From a virus (lineage: Duplodnaviria > Caudoviricetes): a stretch of DNA of 64,000 nucleotides. Below the pieces are notes generated by a model that was not told the DNA's origin, made no database searches, and was given only the letters and a program-made list of their open reading frames with translations. This document shows positions 56,954 to 64,000 of this stretch, one piece after another. The translations under genes were made by a program, and so were the position numbers. The first letter of the stretch is position 1; each line of letters begins with the position of its first letter. The stretch spans positions 3,454 to 67,453 of the IMG/VR virus record IMGVR_UViG_3300028048_003204. The stretch is one strand, 5' to 3'.

Positions 56954-57802
56954 CTAAATTTCATCAGACTCTTCTTCTTCAAATTCATTTTCTAAATCAT
57001 CAAAAGTAATCTGATCGTTATTATCTTTTCTAAATCTGTATTCATTACCCTTCTTGAACTGACCTTTCTTTCTAGCTTCAATATTTGAAGTTTTGATAGT
57101 TTCTTCATCAGAATCAAGAACTTCTTCCTCATCATCAAATATACTTAACTGTCTATTATCATATTCTTTATCATAAATAGCCGGATAAATATATTTTTGA
57201 TATAATCTTTCATCATGTGATTCCATATAATTAATATAATTAAAAATCACAGAAGCAATTTTTATCAACCAGGAAGAATCACTTAAGCATAAAATAATAT
57301 GTTTACAACCAGGACCTTTATTATCAATAGGATTAGTAATATCCGCAGGTCTGTTTTCAGGTTCCCCAATCAATAAACCTTTTCTTGTTGCCCAATATTT
57401 AAATCTATATCTAAAATCAGGACAAGAACAATTTATATACACATCGTCTCTATTAAAAGCATTCATTAAAGCTTTTAATATAATTTTTCTATCAACCTGT
57501 TCAATATTATTTTTAGCTATTTCTTTATGTAATTCATCTAAAGCACCAACAAAAGACATTCTAACCTTATAGATATTTGTTTCTCCCCTAATATCAACAC
57601 TAACATCTAAAGTGTCTGTTTTGAAGAATTTATCCATATCCATATTGTTAAAATGCTTTATAGAAGGTGCAATACTTGATCTTAATCTTCTTTTATATCT
57701 ATTTGCACCATAATATTGGTTTTGAGGTGCATAATCAGCACCTTTCTTAGACTGCGATAATAATGCACTTCGTCTATCTTCTAAAAGGATATTTTTTGAC
57801 AT
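56954..57802 (-). CDS. SWIM zinc-finger protein (start likely ATG 57802)
   Basis: INCSCPDFRYRF...GPGCKHI; upstream extension in the ORF track runs through a hairpin. Confidence 0.75.
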   Translation of the reverse strand: MSKNILLEDRRSALLSQSKKGADYAPQNQYYGANRYKRRLRSSIAPSIKHFNNMDMDKFFKTDTLDVSVDIRGETNIYKVRMSFVGALDELHKEIAKNNIEQVDRKIILKALMNAFNRDDVYINCSCPDFRYRFKYWATRKGLLIGEPENRPADITNPIDNKGPGCKHIILCLSDSSWLIKIASVIFNYINYMESHDERLYQKYIYPAIYDKEYDNRQLSIFDDEEEVLDSDEETIKTSNIEARKKGQFKKGNEYRFRKDNNDQITFDDLENEFEEEESDEI

Positions 57803-57816
57803 TATTAAATACCAAG

Positions 57817-57846
57817 TGGCTAGCCAGCAATTAAGCCAGCTAGCCA
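57817..57846 (-). terminator. GC-rich hairpin after the tail tube gene (terminator or stabilising stem)
   Basis: TGGCTAGCTGGC-TTAATT-GCTGGCTAGCCA; weak U-tract. Confidence 0.55.
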
Positions 57847-57858
57847 TTTACATTTTTA

Positions 57859-58446
57859 TTAAACTGTTTCGCTATAAGAATCAACTACTGCTCTATCATA
57901 TTCGATAGTGCATCTAATCTTACGAGCACCATTAGCATCTACAGAAAAAGCATCTTCATCAATACTAGAAATCCAGCAGCCATCTAATCTCCAAGTTCTT
58001 ACAATCTGATTGTAATCAGGAGTATATTCTATTAAGTTAGCAGTAACTTTATAATCAGCTTGCTGACCAACTGTTTGATACATTGGATTGCCAGATCTAG
58101 CCTGCCAAGCCATAAGAATATCTTTAGTTTCTGCACCTATGAAGTCATAGCATTCAAGACTACCTGATGACCAAGAAAGTACACCAGCATATTTAACTGC
58201 AGTGTTTCCTCTTCTAACCTCGATAGCATTTTGGCTGAAATGAGGAACTGATGCTGAAGAAACAGAAAGCCTAATCATTTCCTTAGCTCTTGGGAATGTC
58301 TTTGTTTCATTACCATATGCGGCAATATTATTTAAAGCATCACTGATAACAAAATCAAAGTTATTACCTCTTTGAATTTCAAATAATTCCTTATTGTCAG
58401 AGAAATGATAAGCACCTACACTAGTTGCTCTTGCTTGTTGTGCCAT
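57859..58446 (-). CDS. Tail tube protein (gp19-like)
   Basis: RGNNFDF, SVPHF, RGN..VKYAG..W, DILMAWQ, WRLDGCWIS, IEYDRA. Confidence 0.88.
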   Translation of the reverse strand: MAQQARATSVGAYHFSDNKELFEIQRGNNFDFVISDALNNIAAYGNETKTFPRAKEMIRLSVSSASVPHFSQNAIEVRRGNTAVKYAGVLSWSSGSLECYDFIGAETKDILMAWQARSGNPMYQTVGQQADYKVTANLIEYTPDYNQIVRTWRLDGCWISSIDEDAFSVDANGARKIRCTIEYDRAVVDSYSETV

Positions 58447-58457
58447 TTGTTATCTCC

Positions 58458-60491
58458 TTACTCTACCTCTGCAACAGTTACTTCACTATTCTCTAATTGA
58501 ACTTGAAGTTCAAATACCTCAACTGAATTGATTGGTACAATTCTAATAGCTGCAAGAATCTTGTATGAAGGTACAGTTTGTCCTGTTTCAGGGTCTACAT
58601 TATATTTTACAATACTATAGTCTGCAAGAATATAGTTAGATACCATAGTTTCTAATAATGGTGTAACTAAATTCTTGAAGCTTAACCATAATACATCTGT
58701 ATTTTGCTCGAATAATAAGCTCTGTGAAGCTTCATATAATCTCTTCTTAATGTCAGAAACTGTGTCTCTAATGTTAAGGAATGAAGTAGCTTTAGTACCA
58801 TTAGAATTATTTCTCAATGTTCTATTTCCCCAAATGCAATAGCCATAATTTCTAATGTATGTAATTGGGTTAATTGATATTGAAGCAGAACCTAAGTTTT
58901 CAACATCACCAGGGATAATCTGATACGAATCTGCAACATTATTTGTTAATGTGAAATTAGTATGTAATCCTGCACAATATGGAACTGGGCCTCTACTTAC
59001 ACCAGATACAGCTAACCATGGGTTGTAGTTCTTTAACTGTTGTGCTAAAGCACTTAAGAATGCTAATGAACCAGGCATTTGACTAATATTCTCATTTATG
59101 CCATAGTTATTTGATGAACCACCAGACACAGCTGCGTGTGTGCAAGTATACCAAGGTGTAAACATAGTTCCATAAGAACCAGTTTCAGTTGTTATATTTG
59201 AAAATTCATCTCTAATCCTAGTTATTACTGAGTATGTATCTGTAGCATAAATAGATCTATTTGGATTATTAGTGTGATCAATAAGTGCAACTGCATCTTC
59301 TCTTGTAGCAGCTAATCTGATCATCTGTTCTGCTAATGGCGATGTACCATAAACCTTACCTGAAGCATCAGGATCAGCTAATGGACCATATTCAAATGTT
59401 GGGTAGCCACCAGATGTGATATATTTAACAGCATAGTCGCCCATTGAATCGAATGAATAGTCTGAACCATTCACTGCACTAGCTTCATCATAACCATTAA
59501 ATCTAGCCTCTAAGCCTTTATACATAGAAGTAACTGAAATGTCAGCACCTTTATAGTATACAGTACCTGATTGAACAGTCTCATCATCTGTTCTTACATA
59601 GTTACTCTCAACTTCGATGAACCAACCTTCAGCTACTGGACTAGCACTAACATTGGCAGGGTCGTTCATATCAACTGGCTCAAATGAGGAGTTCATCTGC
59701 TCATAATATACTGGAATACCTAATGATAATAAGTATAAAGCATATCTATATCCAGGATCTGGGTCTCCAGCTGATGTGCTAGTTGGGCCTTGGAACATAA
59801 GTGCTTGTTGAACAGTTGATATATAATATGCTTTAACTTCACCTAAAGCACCACCAGAAGCTTGGAAATCAATGTACATATCATCAGTGTAAATATATTG
59901 ATCTCCGTATTTAACCATCCAGCCATTATCTGAAGGAACTGTTGATGATGTAAATACTAATAAACCCTCATAGCTTTCTAACTTCGGTAAAGCTGCCATA
60001 GTAACAGTTACAGTGCTTTCAACTGCAGCAGCAGTAGCTAAGTAATAAACAACACCCTCTACTGGCTTCCAAGTACTATCTACTGGTACATTGGTATAAA
60101 AACCTGTAGCTGTAACTGCTTCTATTGTGCTTTCTGCAGCCATAGGGGCATCATATGTAATGTTATTAACACCAGCAACTATCGAAGGTGTTGCAGGTGG
60201 CATATAACCTGGAATAGCATATGAAGGGAATCCATAAGAAGAAGCTGTAGCTATTGGATATGGCTGATCTGTAGGGAATGTAGGACAATCGTCTACACCA
60301 CCATTACCAAATAATCTTAAGAATTCATACTTAGAAGTAACTAAAGTTGGAGTTCTAAACAGAGTAGCACCATCTGTGAATGTAGGTGAAGCTCCATTAT
60401 TACTAAAACCTGGAACATATACTACATCGTATGAAGAAAGTGCTTCAACATTAGAAGTATTGTCAACTTCTGTTATAATAATTCTTTGCAT
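58458..60491 (-). CDS. Tail sheath protein
   Basis: IIITEVDNTS, PTLVTS..EF..LFG, PWLAVSG..RG, INPI, IWGNRTL, LNIR, LFEQN. Confidence 0.92.
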   Translation of the reverse strand: MQRIIITEVDNTSNVEALSSYDVVYVPGFSNNGASPTFTDGATLFRTPTLVTSKYEFLRLFGNGGVDDCPTFPTDQPYPIATASSYGFPSYAIPGYMPPATPSIVAGVNNITYDAPMAAESTIEAVTATGFYTNVPVDSTWKPVEGVVYYLATAAAVESTVTVTMAALPKLESYEGLLVFTSSTVPSDNGWMVKYGDQYIYTDDMYIDFQASGGALGEVKAYYISTVQQALMFQGPTSTSAGDPDPGYRYALYLLSLGIPVYYEQMNSSFEPVDMNDPANVSASPVAEGWFIEVESNYVRTDDETVQSGTVYYKGADISVTSMYKGLEARFNGYDEASAVNGSDYSFDSMGDYAVKYITSGGYPTFEYGPLADPDASGKVYGTSPLAEQMIRLAATREDAVALIDHTNNPNRSIYATDTYSVITRIRDEFSNITTETGSYGTMFTPWYTCTHAAVSGGSSNNYGINENISQMPGSLAFLSALAQQLKNYNPWLAVSGVSRGPVPYCAGLHTNFTLTNNVADSYQIIPGDVENLGSASISINPITYIRNYGYCIWGNRTLRNNSNGTKATSFLNIRDTVSDIKKRLYEASQSLLFEQNTDVLWLSFKNLVTPLLETMVSNYILADYSIVKYNVDPETGQTVPSYKILAAIRIVPINSVEVFELQVQLENSEVTVAEVE

Positions 60492-60526
60492 TTATATTTC
60501 TCCATAATTAAACTTTTTAAGTTTCA

Positions 60527-61156
60527 TTAATCTGTAATGTCTTCCACTAATATTTCAATTTCCGCGTTGCGGTGTTCTCTTAAATCCCATAAATAAGCAT
60601 CATTTATGAGTATTAAAAAAGAAAGTTTTGTGTAGTTACCCTCTATAAATCTTTCTTTTTCATTTGAATTGTCTTGTATTTCTGTATTACCCAACTCTAT
60701 TCTAGCAGTATGTTTAAATTCATCATACTCTTCAGTTTCTTTATTGTAAATACCAACTTTAGGTACCACAACTTCTAATGCTGGGTAATTAATAACATTA
60801 AATATCAAGTTTCTTATAAGTACATCTGCTTCCTTAGCAAATCTTGTATAAACATTTACTTGATATGATATAGATATAGGAATAGCATTTAATATTTCAG
60901 ATTGCTTACTACCTACATTAATGTCTTTACCATCATAAGATAAAGGTCTTCTTGTTGTACCATCATTTATGATATTAAAACCTCTATCTCTTTCAATATA
61001 TATGAGTGGTAATTTTATAGGTTTATCACCTGTTTTATCAGCTATTGTTTCAAATACTCTTGATGTTTCATTTGGACCAAATATTTCTATTTGTGAATTA
61101 TGTGTCCATGATTTAAATTTTCTTACTAATGCTTCATCATATAAATATGTAGACAT
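60527..61156 (-). CDS. Tail terminator (gp15-like)
   Basis: YDEALV...LPLIYIER...PISISYQVNVY; position before the sheath. Confidence 0.65.
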   Translation of the reverse strand: MSTYLYDEALVRKFKSWTHNSQIEIFGPNETSRVFETIADKTGDKPIKLPLIYIERDRGFNIINDGTTRRPLSYDGKDINVGSKQSEILNAIPISISYQVNVYTRFAKEADVLIRNLIFNVINYPALEVVVPKVGIYNKETEEYDEFKHTARIELGNTEIQDNSNEKERFIEGNYTKLSFLILINDAYLWDLREHRNAEIEILVEDITD

Positions 61157-61164
61157 TTAATATC

Positions 61165-61749
61165 CTATCCTGAAGACAAAGCAAAAGCTTCTTCAATTTC
61201 ATTTTCATCACGAGTATAATTTGTCATAGGTCTCACTTCTTCAGATTCAAATACATTTAAATCATCACTTGCTATTAAAGCATTTACATCAAGACCATAG
61301 TTAGCTTCATCAAATGCATTAGTATATTCTGGAACTATTTCACAAGTTATTGAAGCTGGGTAAACCATGCTTGTAGCCATTTTGACTACTCTGAATAATC
61401 TCCCATTTCCATCATCAAGTCCACTTGGAACTATAAACATACTTCCTTGTTGTAAATTAGGTAAATCATAATCTACATGGATAAAAGAAGAATTTTCATC
61501 TAGTTCAGACATCCAACCCATTTTTCTTAAAGTTTGTTGTGATGGGTGTTCATCAAATATACAACCAACTAATAAGGGTGGATTATAATTAGCATCTATT
61601 TCTGCATATGTAGTGTATTTTCTACCAGGCTTTGGAGATCTATAAATAACTCTTATACCTATAAGTTTACACATTTCTCTGAAATATTGCCTATGCTGTC
61701 TTATATCAGGAGTTAATAGGATACCATATTTTTGATTATTAGTTTCCAT
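61165..61749 (-). CDS. Neck/head-closure protein (gp14-like)
   Basis: FREMCKLIG..VIY..P...GCIFDEHP..TLRKMGW. Confidence 0.6.
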   Translation of the reverse strand: METNNQKYGILLTPDIRQHRQYFREMCKLIGIRVIYRSPKPGRKYTTYAEIDANYNPPLLVGCIFDEHPSQQTLRKMGWMSELDENSSFIHVDYDLPNLQQGSMFIVPSGLDDGNGRLFRVVKMATSMVYPASITCEIVPEYTNAFDEANYGLDVNALIASDDLNVFESEEVRPMTNYTRDENEIEEAFALSSG

Positions 61750-61769
61750 TATTATCTCCTTTGTATAAT

Positions 61770-61907
61770 TTAGTTATCAAAAGAATCGTCACTTTGTTCA
61801 ATAAACACTGAGTAATATGGATCTAAATAATCTTCATTTAAAGATTCATTAACACCTTCAAGCTTCATATCAAGAGCTTCTAATAGTTCATCGAACTTTA
61901 TGGCCAT
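61770..61907 (-). CDS. Unannotated 45-aa acidic protein MAIKFDELLEALDMKLEGVNESLNEDYLDPYYSVFIEQSDDSFDN
   Basis: Fills the 61750-61910 gap; AAGGA RBS; same LxE motifs as the upstream gene. Confidence 0.55.
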   Translation of the reverse strand: MAIKFDELLEALDMKLEGVNESLNEDYLDPYYSVFIEQSDDSFDN

Positions 61908-61910
61908 AAA

Positions 61911-63239
61911 TTATTTCCTTTTTACAGTACCATAAACTCTTACAGACTCATTAAGCTCATTTTTACTTCTATAGTTATAGTTTAATGATTCACATACAAG
62001 TTTATTGTCCTTTACAGAACCAGAAAGTTTATAAGTTTTCTTACCCCTACTAATTTGCTTATTATAACCTTCAAATTTGCCATTACCTAAAGATTCAAAC
62101 ACAAATTGAGTTTCTTTAATATTTCCAGAATCAAACTTAATAATACCTTCTATAAAAAGCTTATTATTTTTAGAACTTACACCAGTAGTTTTAAAACTTT
62201 TTACATTTTCATAGCAGTTTCTTAAATATGATTCACCAAGACCATTGAAAGATTCTTCATCAAAATCTTCAAAATCCTCTTCCCCAATTTCTTCTTCAGG
62301 CTCATCTTCAGCTTCTTCCATTTCATCTTTGATAGCTTCAAAATCTTCTTCATCATCTGTATCAAGAGCATCAGTAGCAGCATCAATTACTTCTGAAGAT
62401 TCATCAGAAATAGGAACTATCATTTCTTCTCCAGAATCTTCAATAGACATATCTTCCATACCTATATCTTCTGATTCAGGTTCTTTCGGAGAAGTTTCAA
62501 TAACAACTCCACCATCTTCTTTGGTAGTCATTGTCATTGTTTCATCTTCTGTAGTTACTGAAACATCTTCGATGTCTTCTTTTAACTCTTTATCACAACC
62601 CTCTTTAATAGCTTCTTTATCACAAGCTTCATTAATAGGATCTTCGTGTTTATCTCCGTGAAGTGCTTCAACACCTTCAAGCTCATCTACACCTTCAAGT
62701 TCTTCTACTCCACGAATTTCATCATTATCATAAAGCTCTTCAACACCATCAAGCTTCATCTCTTCTGTTAATGATTCTTCTAAATCATCTTCTTCTACTT
62801 CTTCAGCTGCATCTTCAATATCTACATCTGGAAGACCAACTTCTTCTTCTGTTTCTTCTTCCTCGAAAGAATCAGCTTGTTCTTGATTAAATGGAGCTAT
62901 CTCACCAATAATAAAATATCCTTCATTTGACATACAATATGGACACTCAATATCCTTGCAAGCTTCACCTTCTTCGTCCATAGAAATATTTTCTTTATCC
63001 TCAAAGATATGACTATGGCATACTGTACATTCAAGAACTACTTTACCCTCGTAGGATTTTGCTAAATCTTCTTCTGCTTCTGCTTTAAGATCATAGATAT
63101 CCATCATTTCTTCATCTGGATCTACTGCAGCATCATCTAAAAATGATCTTAATTCAGTTATTCCAGAAGCATCAAGAGAAATATCCTCTGATTCCAGGAG
63201 ATTTAATTGCTTGAATGCCTCTGTAATGTAATTACTCAT
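61911..63239 (-). CDS. Highly acidic protein with zinc ribbon, prohead core/scaffold-like
   Basis: CTVC...CPYC; many (I/L)xE-(A/S/D) sites; AAGGAG RBS. Confidence 0.55.
   Translation of the reverse strand: MSNYITEAFKQLNLLESEDISLDASGITELRSFLDDAAVDPDEEMMDIYDLKAEAEEDLAKSYEGKVVLECTVCHSHIFEDKENISMDEEGEACKDIECPYCMSNEGYFIIGEIAPFNQEQADSFEEEETEEEVGLPDVDIEDAAEEVEEDDLEESLTEEMKLDGVEELYDNDEIRGVEELEGVDELEGVEALHGDKHEDPINEACDKEAIKEGCDKELKEDIEDVSVTTEDETMTMTTKEDGGVVIETSPKEPESEDIGMEDMSIEDSGEEMIVPISDESSEVIDAATDALDTDDEEDFEAIKDEMEEAEDEPEEEIGEEDFEDFDEESFNGLGESYLRNCYENVKSFKTTGVSSKNNKLFIEGIIKFDSGNIKETQFVFESLGNGKFEGYNKQISRGKKTYKLSGSVKDNKLVCESLNYNYRSKNELNESVRVYGTVKRK
62667..62757 (-). repeat. Degenerate 18-nt in-frame coding repeats (GVEEL-type)
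   Basis: DGVEEL...RGVEELEGVDELEGVEAL. Confidence 0.7.
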
Positions 63240-63265
63240 TTAATATTCTCCTTGTTAAACTTTTA

Positions 63266-64000
63266 CTAATCTATAGGAAAATAAAGCTCTGAATTATTTA
63301 CTAGAGCTTCCCTTAATTCTTTAAGTTCTTCTTGACCTTCTTGAAGAATTGTTTCTCCATCACCTTGCCATAAAGCATTACTTTGAGTATATCTAGATCT
63401 TATTCTACCTATAGTTACTTTTGTTAAGGCTAAAGAAAGTCTCACAAGAATATCTTCCCAGTATTCAGATTGTATCTCTTCAACATCTTTAATTACTGGT
63501 ATATATTCGATAGTTATGTAATCAGGTGTACCCGTAGATGTATTAATATACAACTTTTTAGTAACTTTATCAAACTTAAATGCTAAATCTGTTGATGTAG
63601 TATTTCTAATTTGTTGTAAAGTTGTCCATGCGGAATAATTATATACGGCATCTTGGAAATATTTTAAATTTCCCATACCTGATAACATTTGCCATTGAGC
63701 TACTTGCATAGGATCATATGAAGAACTAGAAGTTGTATTACCTCCAAGTTCATCTGTCCTATATATCATAACGACATAATTTACATTTAATTCCTCACCA
63801 TTAGTGTAATCAGGGTCTGATAAATCAATACACTGCTTAAATGGTATAGTAATTAATCTTGTAGTTGTTATATACCTCTGCAATTCTCTTATAGCACTTG
63901 CGATTACTTTATCTATTGTTTCATCTTCTAATTCGAATTCAAGTAGGTCACCAGTTAATTTTAATTTAATTTCATCTCTTACATCTTGTAAACTAGTCAT
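63266..64000 (-). CDS. Neck protein / head-tail adaptor (gp13-like); start at the window edge
   Basis: EIKLKL.G..LEFELEDETIDKVI..A.RELQRY; LAL.KVTIGRIRSRY; GETILQEG..EL..L. Confidence 0.75.
   Translation of the reverse strand: MTSLQDVRDEIKLKLTGDLLEFELEDETIDKVIASAIRELQRYITTTRLITIPFKQCIDLSDPDYTNGEELNVNYVVMIYRTDELGGNTTSSSSYDPMQVAQWQMLSGMGNLKYFQDAVYNYSAWTTLQQIRNTTSTDLAFKFDKVTKKLYINTSTGTPDYITIEYIPVIKDVEEIQSEYWEDILVRLSLALTKVTIGRIRSRYTQSNALWQGDGETILQEGQEELKELREALVNNSELYFPID

Noticed and set aside
57803-57847. N-terminal extension MASWLNCWLATWYLI of ORF 56954-57847
   Set aside because: It is the reading of a GC-rich hairpin with no SD; ATG 57802 is the more plausible start.
62667-62757. 18-nt periodic repeats as a CRISPR-like array
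   Set aside because: They are degenerate, in frame, encode GVEEL-type peptides and have no unique spacers.
440-62890. Plus-strand ORFs in the track (e.g. 440-772, 3546-4265, 56305-56796, 62245-62661) and nested minus-strand ORFs (12144-12407, 18152-18379)
   Set aside because: They lie antisense to or inside well-supported genes, are Ser/Leu/Ile-rich as expected for shadows of AT-rich coding DNA, and have no RBS or motifs.
39480-63260. Late promoter candidates: TATAAATA near 39500, AAAAGTTTAA before the sheath and core genes, ATAACTAA before 61749 and 56762
   Set aside because: Short AT-only words are expected by chance at this composition and were chosen post hoc; a formal motif search is needed.
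1-64000. Genome-wide stop-codon reassignment (TGA or TAG recoding)
   Set aside because: Long genes are intact under the standard code. TGA ends genes in ATGA overlaps (1433, 1995, 7773, 42799, 50429) and TAG ends several others (622, 6108, 9863, 12543, 20660). The TGA at 21014 is an isolated case.
1-64000. tRNA, rRNA, integrase, transposase or CRISPR features
   Set aside because: No intergenic space or sequence with those signatures was seen; the largest gaps (39395-39529, 56763-56953) lack cloverleaf or T-loop motifs.

Overview
A 64-kb slice of a large, AT-rich (by eye about 25-30% GC) contractile-tailed dsDNA phage genome. Essentially every credible gene is on the minus strand. The ORF track's plus-strand ORFs look like antisense shadows. 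Transcription runs from the right edge leftwards. The right part (about 30.1-64 kb) is a T4-like/CIS-like neck-tail-baseplate module: gp13/gp14/gp15-like neck, sheath, tube, gp26/gp51-like chaperones, tape measure, tube initiator, LysM wedge, three paralogous hub genes, spike, gp25, a 2225-aa gp6-like wedge and fibre-associated genes. The left part (1-30 kb) covers replication, recombination and transcription: SNF2 helicase, two sigma-like proteins, initiator, DnaC-like loader, DnaB, primase, gp32-like SSB, family-A polymerase, beta clamp plus a full DnaX/HolA/HolB clamp loader, RecA, RecU, SbcCD, dUTPase and two HD hydrolases. AAGGAGG ribosome-binding sites, CHAP/NlpC lysins, RecU, InlB-type repeats, BspA-type LRRs and a Clostridia-like HD gene suggest a (gut) Firmicute host; this is inference. 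Top leads: (1) three tandem, translationally coupled baseplate-hub paralogues with different N-terminal cargoes (CHAP+lysozyme, NlpC/P60, beta-propeller), suggesting a heterotrimeric enzyme-armed hub; (2) a cytidylyltransferase + TAGT-like glycosyltransferase + conserved partner cassette, and a second TAGT-like gene beside the SNF2 helicase, suggesting an uncharacterised DNA hypermodification; (3) a two-gene moron whose toxin-like nuclease gene is interrupted by a single in-frame TGA. All family assignments come from motif recognition by eye, without database searches.
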